Below are positions 33,028 through 46,400 of a stretch of 64,000 bases of DNA, piece by piece (positions within the stretch are counted from its first letter, which is position 1; each line of letters opens with the position of its first letter). The DNA comes from Eledone cirrhosa. Taxonomy: Eukaryota. A program made the translations under genes and the position numbers. The notes beneath the pieces are model-generated. The model made no database searches. It saw nothing but the letters and a program-made list of their open reading frames with translations, and had not been told where the DNA came from. The stretch spans positions 24,180,001 through 24,244,000 of the forward strand of contig OZ024752.1 in NCBI GenBank assembly GCA_964016885.1, in the 5' to 3' direction.

Positions 33028-33202
33028 CTAACTCGAAGTAGCTAGTCAGCAAATTGATGTACTGATAATTCCTGTCACAATTTTTATTACTCGATATTCA
33101 ATGTAGCAACAAGTGAATATTGTTATTGTAAAATAAACATCGTCAACATCACAATTCTGGCATTATTCTTTTTATCATTCATCCATAAAAGAATACATTT
33201 AT

Positions 33203-33345
33203 CCACTACATATGCAACAAACAAAAGGGGTCCAAGAACAGATCCCTGTGGTACACCAGATGACATCTCATACAGTGAAGAATGCTGTCCTAGAACCATG
33301 ACTACCTCTCTTCAACTGAGAAGGAAGGATTTCAACCAGTTAAAA
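33203..33345 (-). mobile_element. CR1/L2-like RT fragment
   Basis: Minus strand translation FNWLKSFLLS*REVVMVLGQHSSLYEMSSGVPQGSVLGPLLFVAY. Confidence 0.75.
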
Positions 33346-33533
33346 ACTATACACTATGTACAGTATATATACACTATATATATATTATATATACACTATG
33401 TACAGTATATATTATACACTATATATGATGTTGTCCAGGGTAAAGGCAATGGGTGATACAGCTTGGTACCAGTAACATCACAACATATATACTATATATA
33501 TACACAATGTACAACATATATACACTATATATA

Positions 33534-35207
33534 CTAGCAGTGGTACCCGGCGATGCATGGGATAATGTATTTTGGAACACGGGCACCCAACAGACCTACT
33601 GCATGCCTCGACAATATGTAAAGAAAATAAACCGAATACTCTGATGGCTGGATAATCTTTAAGATTTTCCTCGATGAAGCAGGAAGAATGCAGGTTTTCA
33701 CCTAATGCGGGCCCTAGGGGATCAAGAAAATGAATTTTTTTTATGTGCATAATATGCCTTGAAATTTCGGGAGAATCGGCTAGACATAACGCCTCAAAAA
33801 AGACCTAAAAAGCTGAAAATATGAAGTTTTTCACCTAATGCGAGCCCTAGGCCATAAAAAAGTTGGATTTTCTTTGCTCACGGTATGAAGAAGAGACTGA
33901 CTAATACATAGTTACAATTTCAAAGAAATCAGTCTGACGTAACGCCTCAAAAGAACCCTAAAAACCTGAAGAAACGTAGTTTTTCACCTAATGCGGGCCC
34001 TAGGGATCAAAATGTTGAATTTTTTATGTGCATGAAACACAAGTAATACACATGTAAAGTTTGAAAAAAGTCGGTTGGGTACTTCTCGAGTTTTAGGGAT
34101 TCAAACTCACAGACACACACACAGACAGACATCCTCGGGGAAGTGACGTAATGCAGACAGTCAGGCATACAGACAGATATTATAAGAGCGCGACGTTATA
34201 TGTATATATCTATCTAAAAAGAGAAAGACTAAGAATTATAGAGAGAGATCGCTAAATCGCCTAATGCGGTCCCTAGGGCATTGAAAATTTGAAGATTCTT
34301 TTGCTCAGAACACTCCCTGAAACATAAGTATTACATGTGTAGAGTTTGAAAACAGTCGGTTTGGTGGTTCTCGAGTTTTAGGGATTGAAACTCACACACA
34401 CACAGACAGACATCCTCAGTTTTATATATATAGACTAGCAGAAATCCACCCGGTGGGCGGTTTTCTGCTAGCAAATCTAGTGTATATACTGATATTGTTG
34501 AGATTTGGATGAGAAATGTTTTCGGCACCACATGTTCACCGTCTCTCGGTGTGTCTTTTATGCATGTATAAATATATATGTTATCTATACGGTGAAATCT
34601 TTGAAATAAATAGATGTTAAAACGAAAAAGGAGAAAAAGAGATTAGTGATGGAAATATAAACGTTATGATACATAAACGTTATGATATAACGATGGAAAT
34701 ATATAAACGTTTACGATAAAACGATGGAAATAGAAACGTTTATATATAATGATAAGCCGAAACACTCGTAAGCCGAAACACTCGTAAGTCGAAACACACG
34801 TAAAGCGAAACGTATAAATAAAGATTAATGTAATGAATTTGAAAAGCATAGAGATTTGAAACTGCGTCTATTTGTTTCCTTGGCATTTTTTACAGACGGA
34901 CAGACAGACAAACAAACAGAGAAATGCCCATTATATATTATAAGTAGACTTGGCATGGTGTCAAGTCAGAACCGCCTCGAACTGGTTACTTCTGGCTTGT
35001 GCAAGGTATCTCTATAGCAACCAGCGATTCCCTCGGCCTCAGTGACCAAAGTCAGTGGAGAGGGGAAAGTAATGTTTCTATAGCGACAGTGTTTCTCTTG
35101 GTAGTACCAAAGGGGAGAAAGGAAGGGGAAGGTAATATTTCTGTAGCACCTACATTTGAGTTTTAGGGAAGGACAGACAGACAGACAAACAGAGAAATGC
35201 CCATATA

Positions 35208-35274
<67 letters not shown>

Positions 35275-36006
35275 CACACACAGAAATGTATATATATTTC
35301 TGTGTGTATATATATATATATTACACACACAGAAATGTATATATATTTCTGTGTGTATATATATATATTTCTTAGAACAAAATTATTATTAATGTTTTGC
35401 TGTTCATAACAATTGGAATTGAAAAAATACTTTTGAAATTATCAGTTATTTTACTAATGCTTAGATATGTAAAAATGAAGCAATGTTTCTAATAATTGTT
35501 TCTACTTTTGGCACAAGGCCAGCAATTACCCAGTACATTACTGGTACTTTATTTTATCGATCCCGTGAGGATGAAAGGCAAAGTTAACCTCGGCGGTATT
35601 TGAACTCAGATCGTAAAGGGACGTAACTCCATGCTATGAAGCATGGTGTCCGACTCTCTACAGATTCTGCCAATCCACCGCCCTAATGTCTGTACGTAAT
35701 GAGGGAGAGAAAGAAAGCAGAGGTGAAGTGACGAAGTGACTCTCTCCTCCTCCTCCTCCTCCATCTCCCCATTCGTCACAGCGATAGAGGGGAGGAATGT
35801 TAGTGTGTTACAAAGAGAAAGAGTGAGAGTGAGAGAAACAGACAGACTAAAAGAGGGGGATAGCCGGAGAGAGAGAGAGATAGCAACAGATACAGTACAG
35901 TAGCTAAGGGATGTATATATATATTTCTGTGTGTATATATATATACATTTCTGTGTGTGTAATATATATATATATATATATACACACAGAAATATATATA
36001 CATTTC

Positions 36007-36037
<31 letters not shown>

Positions 36038-36507
36038 TACACACATAGAAATGCATATATATTTCTCTGTGTGTATATATATATATATATATTACACACA
36101 CAGAAATGTATATATATTTCTGTGTGTATATATATATATTTCTGTGTGTGTATATATATATATATTACACACACACAGAAATGTATATATGTTTCTGTAG
36201 CACTCCTCAATTCCCCCCCCCCCTCTCTCTCCCTCCCGCTATCCCCCTCTTGTAGTCTGTCTCTTTCTTTCACTCTCACTCTCTGTCTACGCGTGCGCAA
36301 AAAACATTCGCACGCGCGCACGTGTTTTAGCGTCTATTCACTCTCCCTCTCTCCCCTCTCCCTCCCGCTATCCCCCTCTCGTAGTCTGTCTCTTTCTTTC
36401 ACTCTCACTCTCTGTCTACGCGTGCGCAAAAAACATTCGCACGCGCGCACGTGTTTCCACTGTCGGACAGACAGACAGAGAAATTGCTGGTTATATATAT
36501 AAGTAGA
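33534..36507 (-). mobile_element. Head-to-tail non-autonomous Helitrons (33534-34434, then from 34435 with 5' TC termini at 34948 and 36507), with a SINE at 35496-35683
   Basis: Minus-strand 5'-TCTATATATA/TCTACTTATA starts and hairpin+CTAG 3' ends; direct junction TAGA|CTAG at 34434/34435. Confidence 0.7.
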
Positions 36508-36693
36508 TTATATATACACTATATATATATTATATATACACTATATATATATTATATATACACTATGTACAGTATATATTATACAATATATATGATGTTG
36601 TCCAAGGTAAAGGCAATGGCTGATACAACTTGGCACCAGTTACATCACAACATATTTAATATATATATACACTATGTACAGTATATATAGACT

Positions 36694-37470
36694 GTCACCC
36701 GTCATTTCTGTTCTCCTTGTCATTCTTCCCTACATGTTTCAGTCCTGGGTGTCCTTTTACATCATGGATCACAGGCCTCACGCACCGGGACTGAACAAAG
36801 TCTGATTCACCGCCTTGGGTTCTATTCCCCTCTTGGACTCAACTCACCTCCCCAATTTCTCTAATACTCCGTCCATTGTCACACCCCTAGATTCCTATCA
36901 CTTTCTCTTGATCATTAACATTTTCTCTTCAAACTAATAGAGGCCGACTGCATATACTCACTCCACTTTTCCCTTCACTGCTCTGTATACATACACACCC
37001 TTATATTAAGATACTTTTGCTCATAGCTTCGTACTTACATGCACACACACACTCTTTTACTCACATATACACACACATTTCTCCTTAGCTTCGTACGGAC
37101 GTATAATAACACACACATGCTTACACATGTGCACAAGTGGAGATCTTTTTGCAAAACGGTTTTTTTCCTTTTCAGGTAGACGCGCTCCATCATCTACTTT
37201 TCTAAAAAATAAATCATACACAAAGCGCCAGCACCAACAGTTTGGCAAGAGATGTCAACATGAATGGACCTGTTATTTTATCTAAAGACATTTTTTCCAA
37301 TTCCAACCCGCCCGTCCCCTCAATCTATCTTATTTCTCATTCTTTCTTCTGATGAAGGACTAGCATCTGAAACGTTAAGACCCTCTTTCTCCTATATCAA
37401 GTGTTAACCTAATATATCCCTTCCATATACTGTACCGATTGTGTTGTTATTTCTGTTTACCTTTTACATA
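36694..37470 (+). mobile_element. 3' end of a Penelope-like element: GIY-YIG endonuclease C-terminus plus 3' region with HHR
   Basis: 36694-36864 translates VTRHFCSPCHSSLHVSVLGVLLHHGSQASRTGTEQSLIHRLGFYSPLGLNSPPQFL*, matching the HF...H...R...EQ.LI..LG...P.GLN end of PLE endonucleases; HHR at 37345. Confidence 0.8.
37345..37380 (+). ncRNA. Minimal type I hammerhead in the PLE 3' region
   Basis: UCUU-CUGAUGA-A-GGA CUAGCA UCU-GAAA-CG-UU-AAGA; helix III palindrome AACGUU. Confidence 0.7.
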
Positions 37471-39297
37471 CATATATTATATATAGACTGTGTACAGGAT
37501 ATATTATGCACTATATATAATGTTATCCAAGAGAAAGGCAATGGCTGATACAGCTTGGCACCAGTATCACAACATATATACTATATATATATTATATATA
37601 CACTGTATACAGTATATAATATGCACTATATATGTTGTTGTCCAAGAAAAAGGCTATGGCTGATACAGCTTGGCACCAGTATCACAACATATATACTATA
37701 TATATATTATATACACAGTGTACAGTATATATTATACACTATAAATAATGTTGTCCAAGAGAAAGGCAATGGCTGATACAGCTTGGCACCAGTAACATCA
37801 CAACTTATTTCTACAGCTGAGTAAACAATGTGAAATAAAGTGTCTTGCTCAAGGACACAACACATCACACGGTTCAACAATAGAACTCACAACCATTCGA
37901 TTGCAAGCCCAATGCTCTAGCCACTAAGCCATGATACCTTCCAGAACGAACCGTGATATAGAGAGACCATAAAGACAACCGTTGTTTTCATAGTTTAAAC
38001 CTTAAAATACCTCCCATACACGCTTTAAGTACATATAATCTCATTAAAACACACTTTTGTATTTCAATACCAAAAACAGCCAGTAACGATCGTATAGAAA
38101 CTACCACCAACCATCATACCACTAGTTACCAATGAGGACTATTGCCAGCCACGGTAGCCACTTGGTAATACACTGCACATCTCTCGTCAATCTATGAAGG
38201 GTTTGTAGTAGATTAGAGAAAAACACAATCAGTAAAACAGTAATGGAATGAAAAATAAAAACATTTTTTTATAATTAAAGGCTTAAGGTGTCCCTTCCTT
38301 ACGATATACACTTTAATAACATTGAAACTTATTTAATAAGTTTAAATTTAAACACTTTTTATTCAGACGTACCGCGATAAGTAAATAGATATGTTCTAAC
38401 GAAAATTCCGCGATGTGGCGATGATTACCGCGATAGGAAATTAGATACGTTCCAAAGAAATATCCGCGATGTTGTGGGACCGCGAAAAGTGAACCGCGAT
38501 ATAGCGGGGGATTACTGTATATATACACACACAACATACATCTATCTATATACACTCATAACATTTATTTCGATTTTTGACATTAAAATGTTGACTGAGG
38601 GTGCGACAACTGTTTCTTGTTTGAGGTTGTTCCAGTGGTTGAAATATAGACGGAGGTATTTTAAATAATAAAGACAGACATGATAACAATATATTTTATA
38701 TCACATGTAACAGTGGAATCTACTGATTGAAAAATATCACATCAACATTTCAGTTTGGAAGTTTTTTTTTATATATATAAAAGTGGAGGAAGAAATATAT
38801 TTTTCTAATGTTGTTATATATATTTTCACTTGTATATAATTACTGGATCGTTGTAGGGTTCACATAATTATATTATTTACACACATTAATATAGACATTA
38901 AGTAAATCTTTGTCAACTTACCTCCTTCAGATATAATCAATGTGTTGTGTTGTTAGTTTTTACTAAACAACCAAAGAAATAATCTCTTTGTTATCAAATT
39001 AGAAGTTTCAAAGATGCTATCAGATTTATTTCACGACATTAACGTTGGTGTACTTTCTTCATCTTTAGTCATAAATTGATATCTTGTCAGAATGAAGTAG
39101 TGAGGCTGACTTTATATCTTTAGCTTCAGATTTGATAGGAAATATATATATATATATTAGGTTGATATGTGGTCTAAAATATATATATTGTCTATAAATG
39201 ACTGATAGCAGATGTTCTGGTGAAATAGTAGTTTTACTACTACAGATTGTAATGGAACTCTTATGACATTGTAAGACTGATGTAGGGGAGAGAAAAT

Positions 39298-39368
<71 letters not shown>

Positions 39369-39481
39369 GTTACACAAAATATAATTAGATTAATTAAAGT
39401 TATAATGAAGACATCAGGTACCCGGTGTCGTTGTGAATGTTTCAACTCTCGTACGTTAAAAGTCCCTGATATAATTTAATA

Positions 39482-42124
39482 TGTAGCGCTCTCTAGACTA
39501 AGGGAAGTAGTCAAAATTATTTCCCGTAGAATTTCTATGAGACTCCTTGAACTTCCGTTTCAGAGATTATAAAAGAAGGAGCAAAGGACAATCTATCTCT
39601 TGTCCACCTCTTGGCCGCGTGGCCTTAAGGCCAAGCATAGTTACGCGAAAGGTATACATTCTCTTTCACCAACAGCTCTAGAACTGACCACACCAAGCAC
39701 AGATGCTAAACGTTTTTTAATCCTATCCTATACCTCAGGATTACACATCATCATGGCACGAGGTATGTTTCACTACCAAATTGTAACAAGCTACTTCAAT
39801 AAATGCAAATCGTGACTGCTACACTTTTCCGAAGTATTCGTCATGTTTCAATTACTACATCTTCTAAACAAATTAAATTAGTGGTTGGCAGGTAGTGGTG
39901 TTTACTGGAGTAAATAACCCTATGGCCAATCCAGTAAAATGGTGACCCCGACGTGATACTAAAATGGTGACCCTGACGGAATGAAACACCAACTACTAAA
40001 ATGGTGACCCTAACGTAAAATAACACCAACTGAAGAATGAGGAAAGAAAAAAAGAAAAAAAAAATTTCTATTCCAACATCATGTGGTGACAACGTTCAAA
40101 TGCTTGTAACTTGGCTGTTTATACTTTCGCTACATCTTACTACGAACCATTCATTAAATTGGACTCTTTCATTTTTGAACATGATATTTCTTTTTCTGAA
40201 AATTACACCTCGTGTCTTTCTCGTTCAACCAAGCTTTTTGTTTAAGACCAACAACCAATATGGCGACTGCTGCCTTCCTCTTTCATTTTCGAGCAACCAT
40301 CTTGTCTTCTTCGTTTCGTCATTTTCCCGCGCGGTGGATTTTACCAACACACTCATTGCTATTCATTTCAAAGAATAGTTCGGTCACGAGCTACTTTATT
40401 AATACCAGTAAAAAAATTTGCGACACCTTGCGTCGTAAATTGACGTCACTTGCTGGGCATTTTTATGCACGTTCGTTCTGCGATCAGCTACTTAAAAGAA
40501 ACTTATCTGGGCTCACCCAGACCACTTGTTCCAGATTGCCAGCTAAAGTAGAGGCGATTCAGCAATTAGCACCACCAACATCCTTGAAACAACTACGCCA
40601 TTTCTTGGGATTAATTAACTTTTATCGTCGCTTTATTCCTAACTGTGCGGACAAGTTATTCCCATTGACACAGTTTTTAAGGGCTGCAAAAAAAAAAAAA
40701 TAAAGATGAAAACATTTCACTTTCTGCCGATGCATTGCAGTCTTTTAAATCCGTCAAGTCTGAGCTAGCTAAAGTTTCCTTCCTTGCCCATCCTGTTGCA
40801 AATGCGAGACTTTCCTTATCTGTTGATGCATCTGATCGTGCTATTGGCGCAGTTTTGTATCATGTAATCGATCACCAAGTTCAACCATTGGCATTTTTCT
40901 CTCGCCAATTAAAACCAGCAGAACAGAGATACAGCACCTTTGACAGAGAACTTTTGGCGATTTATCTTGCCGTGAAGCACTTCCACCACCTTTTGGAGGG
41001 GTGGGAGTTCACGATATTCACGGACCACAAACCGTTAACGTTCGTTTTACAATCCAAGTCCCACAAGTACTCTCCGAGAGCGTATAGGCATCTGGATCTC
41101 ATCTCACAGTATACCAGTGACATTCGTCACATAGCTGGAACTTCCAACATACCTGCGGACGCACTATCTCGACTTTCTGTGTGTTCTCTTGTGTCTCCTG
41201 CACTACCTTGGAATCGTTGGACATGAACAGCATCATCATCAACAACAGCTACTGGCAAAACATTTGCCACAACACCAACGGCGATTTCACAGCAACATAA
41301 CAGAAGTGCTAGTTTCATACTTTTACCGCCACCGCCAACAACAACTTTTATAACAATTAATGCAAGAACAGTAACTTTGAAAACATTTTGCACTTTATTT
41401 GTTTTCTATTAGACCTTGGGTGGTCATGTTATAAATAGCAAACAGCCAGTCATTTGACACAGCGGCATACATAACACTGGCCCCTTAGCGCCTCATTCAT
41501 AATTTTCTTCTTGCATTCATTCATTCATTATTTTTATTGATGTGTTCTTTTTCAGCGTTTTCACACTGGTGATGTGTCCGAATTCACCTTTTCTTACTTT
41601 TCACCCTTCTGGTCTAAACAAGGGGTATTGTAGGAAAGCTACTTGCCAGTAGACCGTGCATTCCTCTGCTTAAAACTCTTAATTTTACTTGTTTTGTGCT
41701 TTTCTTTTGTTATTTGCTTCAGTTGAGAGCTTATGTTTTATTCATGCACCTTCTTGTACCTTTGCTTTGCTCCTCATTTCTTACTGGTTCACGCTACAAT
41801 GACCTTCGGCTGGTTATTCGACTTCTCGTCTGAGAGGGGAGTCTTGTAGCGCTCTTTAGAAAAAGGGAAGTAGCCAAAGTTACTTCCCGTAGAATTTCTA
41901 GATTACTCCTTGAACTTCCGTTTCAGAGATTATAAAAGAAGGAGTAAAGGACAATCTATCTCTTTTCCACCTCTTGGCCGTCTGGCCTTAAGGCCAGGCA
42001 TGGTTACGCCAAAGGTATACACTCTCTTTCACCAACGGCTCTAGAACTGACCACACCAAGCACAGATGCTAAGCTTTTTCTAATCCTATCCTATACCTCA
42101 GGATTACACCACATCATGGCACGA
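39482..42124 (+). mobile_element. Internally deleted Ty3/Gypsy LTR retrotransposon
   Basis: LTR1 begins TGTAGCGCTC at 39482; PBS TGGTGACCCCGACGTGAT (39940-57); RT-end/RNase H fragment 40500-41200 (FLGLINFYRRFIP, DASDRAIGAVL, YSTFDRELLA, TDHKPL, NIPADALSR); PPT GAGAGGGGAG; LTR2 from 41845, truncated at 42124. Confidence 0.93.
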
Positions 42125-42138
42125 TATATATCTATATA

Positions 42139-42190
<52 letters not shown>

Positions 42191-42194
42191 TTTA

Positions 42195-43203
42195 TCTCCC
42201 AATTAGCATAATTAACCACACAAAAAATCCTGGTATATATATAAGCATTTCTAACTTTAATTTTATACCTAATTGTGTATGTTGACCGTATATTTAATTA
42301 ATTTCCACGTGCTGTTGAAATGTTGGGTAAATATTCTATAGCGGTTGGCCGCGAAGACGCTGCTATCGTTTATTTATTTACTGTTTGTTCATAGGTGCCT
42401 TTTAATCTTATAGCCTGGTCTAATTGATTTTTTGTGTGGTTAATTATGCTAATTGGGAGAAGAAATGATGTATATATATTATCAAATGATTCTATGGAAA
42501 TGCTTTACTTTATAGTATTTTGCTATGATTATTTAATTTATTAATTCTTCATTGAGCCACATCGTGAATGGTTGCCAAAACACATATATATCTGTGACTT
42601 TGTTTAATTGGTGTATATGTAAATATTTATATTTAATAATCTCCCATAAGGTTGAGATGCAATTTGGGCGATATTGGGCTGCGCTTTCTAGCTACCAACC
42701 CACTCGCCGTAAGCAACCAATCACACTCTTTCTGACTTGACCACTGCCACGTCACAGTTCTCAGCCATTTTGAATTCGTGTTTGGCGGGGGCCACTTCAG
42801 AAAATAATCTGTCCTAGCGAGTTTGTCCCCTGAAGAGTTAGAAACTCAAGATTTATCCTTAATAGGATATCTCAAAATGAGAACGAAACCCATGGGTCGG
42901 GATTTAGGGATTTAATCCTGGTATGTATATAAGCATTTCGAACTTTAATTTTATACCTAATTGTGTATGGTTGACCGTATATTTAATTAATTTCCACGTG
43001 CTGTTGAAATGTTGGGTAAATATTCTATAGCGGTTGGCTGAGAAGACGCTACTATCGTTTATTTATTTACTGTTTCTTCATAGGTGCCTTTTAATCTTAT
43101 AGCCTTGTCTAATTGATTTTTTGTGTGGTTAATTATGCTAATTGGGAGAAGAAATGATGTGTATATATTATCAAATGATTCTATGGACATGCTTTACTTT
43201 ATA

Positions 43204-43207
<4 letters not shown>
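42195..43207 (+). mobile_element. Non-coding partial-tandem element (688-bp unit, 293-bp direct repeat, 35-bp inverted terminal copy) carrying a hammerhead
   Basis: 42226-42518 repeats at 42914-43207; 42195-42229 is the reverse complement of 42426-42460; (TA)n on both sides. Confidence 0.8.
42825..42903 (+). ncRNA. Type I hammerhead ribozyme with long stem II
   Basis: GUCCC-CUGAAGA(42830-36)-GUU..CUCA..UAUCCU UAAU AGGAUA..UGAG AAC-GAAA(42885-88)-CCCAUGGG-UC-GGGAU; GUC cleavage triplet; palindromic helix III. Confidence 0.85.
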
Positions 43208-43259
<52 letters not shown>

Positions 43260-43489
43260 GTATGTATGTATGTATGTGTATATATGGGTATATATGAGTG
43301 TGTTTGCACGTATGTATGGTGTGTATATATGTACATAGGGTTTTGGTATATGTATGTTTGGTGAACATATGTGTATTTACCTGTAGGTATGTGTGAGTAT
43401 GCGTTCTATACGCATTATGCGTGTATGTTTATATATGTATATATAATTATATGTAATCACAAGAGCTGCTTAACAACGTTCCATCCATC

Positions 43490-46400
43490 CATCCATACAA
43501 ATCTTTCAGGTATCCCTCTATTTCCCCAATTGCAAATGTTCTGCTCACAATTATTGCTGTATATATCACTTCGATAGCTTCCACAACACATTTATTTTTT
43601 TACCCTTATTTTCTCTACCATGCTGCCTCTCTATCTGTCTATACTTCCCATCAGATGCTACAGGCCATGACTTGGCTACCTACCTCATATTCGACCAATC
43701 AAACCTCAGCTCCCCCCCCCCACTACCAACCCCAACAAACCCTGCCATTTCTACTACTACCTAACTCTCTCCTCCCCCGTCCCAGCCCAACACACCCTGC
43801 CATTATTACCACCACCACTGTTCTTCTAGCCCTGAATTTTCCTACCGTTATGTATGGATGAGCTGAGAATAAATTGGAGCAACTCTAAATTAATAGATGA
43901 AAATGAATATGAATCCGCCAGCTACCAAGCACCCATGTGAAGCTCCAATTCAGAGACAGGAAGCACACACACACCCCTCCAAAAATCGACCCTTCCCTGC
44001 GAATGTCGACAAATGCCCAAAACTCCGAGTTGGTACCATCAATGAAAGGAAGAGCAGGAGAAATCGTAGAGATGCTAGAGCGAAAGGAAATTGATGTATG
44101 CTGTGTGCAAGAGACTAGATGGAGAGGAGAGTCTGCTAGAGTCCTTGTAGGAAAAAGTCAGTGCTACAAATTTTTCTAGGTGGGAAATGACGATGGGATG
44201 GGTGGTGTAGGTATACTACTAGTTGACAAGTGGGTAGATTAAGTAATCTCAGTGTACAGAGTAAATGAAAGAATCATGAAACTCAGACTAGTGCTGAATA
44301 AAACAATTACCACAATAATATCAGCTTATGCACCCCAATCAGGGTTGCCAGACGAACTTAAGGATAGGTTTTACGAGTCCCTAATGCACACTACTGCTCT
44401 AACAAACGACAATGACTTCCTAATCATCGCAGGAGATTTTAACGGACACGTAGGTAAACACTGTGACGGCTTCAATAGAGTCCATGGAGGCCATGGGGTT
44501 GGCACAAGAAATGAAGAAGGATTCAGACTTCTAGAATTCTGCGACGCCAATGACATGTCGATATGAAACACAAACTTCAAAAAACTCCGCAACCACCTGA
44601 TCACCTATAGATCAGGGGAGCATTCTAGTCGGACAGATTTTATCCTCATCAGAGGACGTGACATATGAACGGTCGTAAACACAAAAGCCTTCCCTAGTGA
44701 CTAATGTACCTCCCAACATAGCTTAGTTGTCAGCGACCTCACGGTCAGAACTAGACGAACCTGGAAACAGAGGCCAACCTGGAGAAGAAAGATCTGGAAG
44801 CTGAAAGACCCCTCAGCCAGTAACAGATTTAAAGATATTTTACTCAACGCCTACGACAGTAAAGAAGAACAGATAGAGACATTCAATGTATAAGAGCACT
44901 GGGAGTTCCTAAAAAATAACTTACTAGAGGCGGCGGATGAGGTCTATGGCTGGAGTAAGACCAAAAGCAGGAGGAGAGTGACTTGGTGGTGGAGCAATAA
45001 GGTAGATGAGGCAGTTAATACCAAGAGACAGGCATGGAAAGAATGGAAGAACGGGGAGAGCAGGGTACATTACATAGAGACCAAGAGGGAAGCTAGGCGA
45101 CAAGTATACTTAGCTAGGAGGGAAGCAGATGATAGAAAATTCAAGCATGTTTTGCAACGTGAGGTGTTCAAGATTGCGAGGCAGTGTGTCAGAGAGAATT
45201 GTGATGTCATTGGAGAGAAGTGTTTTCGGAATGATAAAGGTGAGCTTGCCCTCACAAGTGCTGAAAAGAAAGATGCATGGAAGAGCCATTATGATAGATT
45301 ACTAAATGAGGAGAATGCATGGGAAGAAGAGACCCTACCCCAAGTAGACCCTATAGAGGGGCCATCAGTACAAGTCAGCAGCAGCGTAGTAAGTAAGGCA
45401 ATCAAAGATATGAAGATGGGGAAGGCAACCGGTCCATCGGGTATAGCTGCCGAGATGCTGAAGGCATCGGGGTCTGTAGGTCACACTATAACCACACGTA
45501 TTGTTAACCAGGTAATACTAGAAGGTGTCATACCAAAAGATTGGTGCAGTAGCATCATTGTCAACTGCTACAAAGGTAAAGGCGATGCACTAGATAAAGG
45601 AAACTATAGAGGTATAAAGCTGATGGACCAGGTCATGAAAGTAACAGAAAGATTTATAGCACAGTTGATTAGGGACCGGGTGAAACTAGATGAGATGCAA
45701 TTTGGGTTTGTACCAGGAAGAGGCACCACTGATGCCCTCTTCCTTGTGAGGCAGTTACAGGAAAAGTACCTAGCCAAAAGTAAGCCACTCTACCTAACAT
45801 TCGTCGATCTCGAGAAAGCCTTTGACAGAGTTCCACGTGCTATAATCTGGTGGGCTCTTAGAAAACTAGGAGTAGATGAATTGGCTTGTGAAAGCTGTAC
45901 AAGCCATTTATAGGGGAGCAGTCAGCAAAGTTAGGATTAGCAATGAGTATAGCGAGGAATTTAGCGTACAGGTTGGTGTCCACCAGGGCTCTGTTCTTAG
46001 CCCTCTCCTGTTCATCATAGTCCTGCAGGCAATAACGGAGGACTTTAAGACCGGATGCCCATGGGAACTCTGTATGCAGATGACCTCGCACTTATAGCTG
46101 AATCTATGGTGGAACTAGAGAAGAAATTCCAAACTTGGAAGCAGGGACTAAAAAGAAAGAGTCTCAAAGTCAACATGACAAAGACTAAGGTCCTTGTAAG
46201 TAGACGAGAAACCAGAACCCTTCAGGGAAATGGCCTTGCTCAGTATGTAGGAAAGGTGTAGGTAGGAACTCCATTCTCTGCCCCAAATGAAAACAATGGG
46301 TACACAAGAGATGTAGCGGGATCTCAGGAAGCTTAATTAAGAATGTAGGCTTCACATGTAGCAGCTGTGCTGGGACAGCAAGCAGCAAACAGCAACAGGA

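Larger units (their letters stand above)
26720..37803. repeat. Interrupted ~115-120-bp minisatellite derived from a CORE-SINE 3' part (blocks 26720-26940, 29070-29470, 33350-33530, 36510-36690, 37470-37803)
   Basis: Unit ...cactatatatgttgtccaagggaaaggcaatggctgatacagcttggcaccagtgacatcacaac; runs directly into SINE bodies at 29472 and 37803. Confidence 0.8.
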
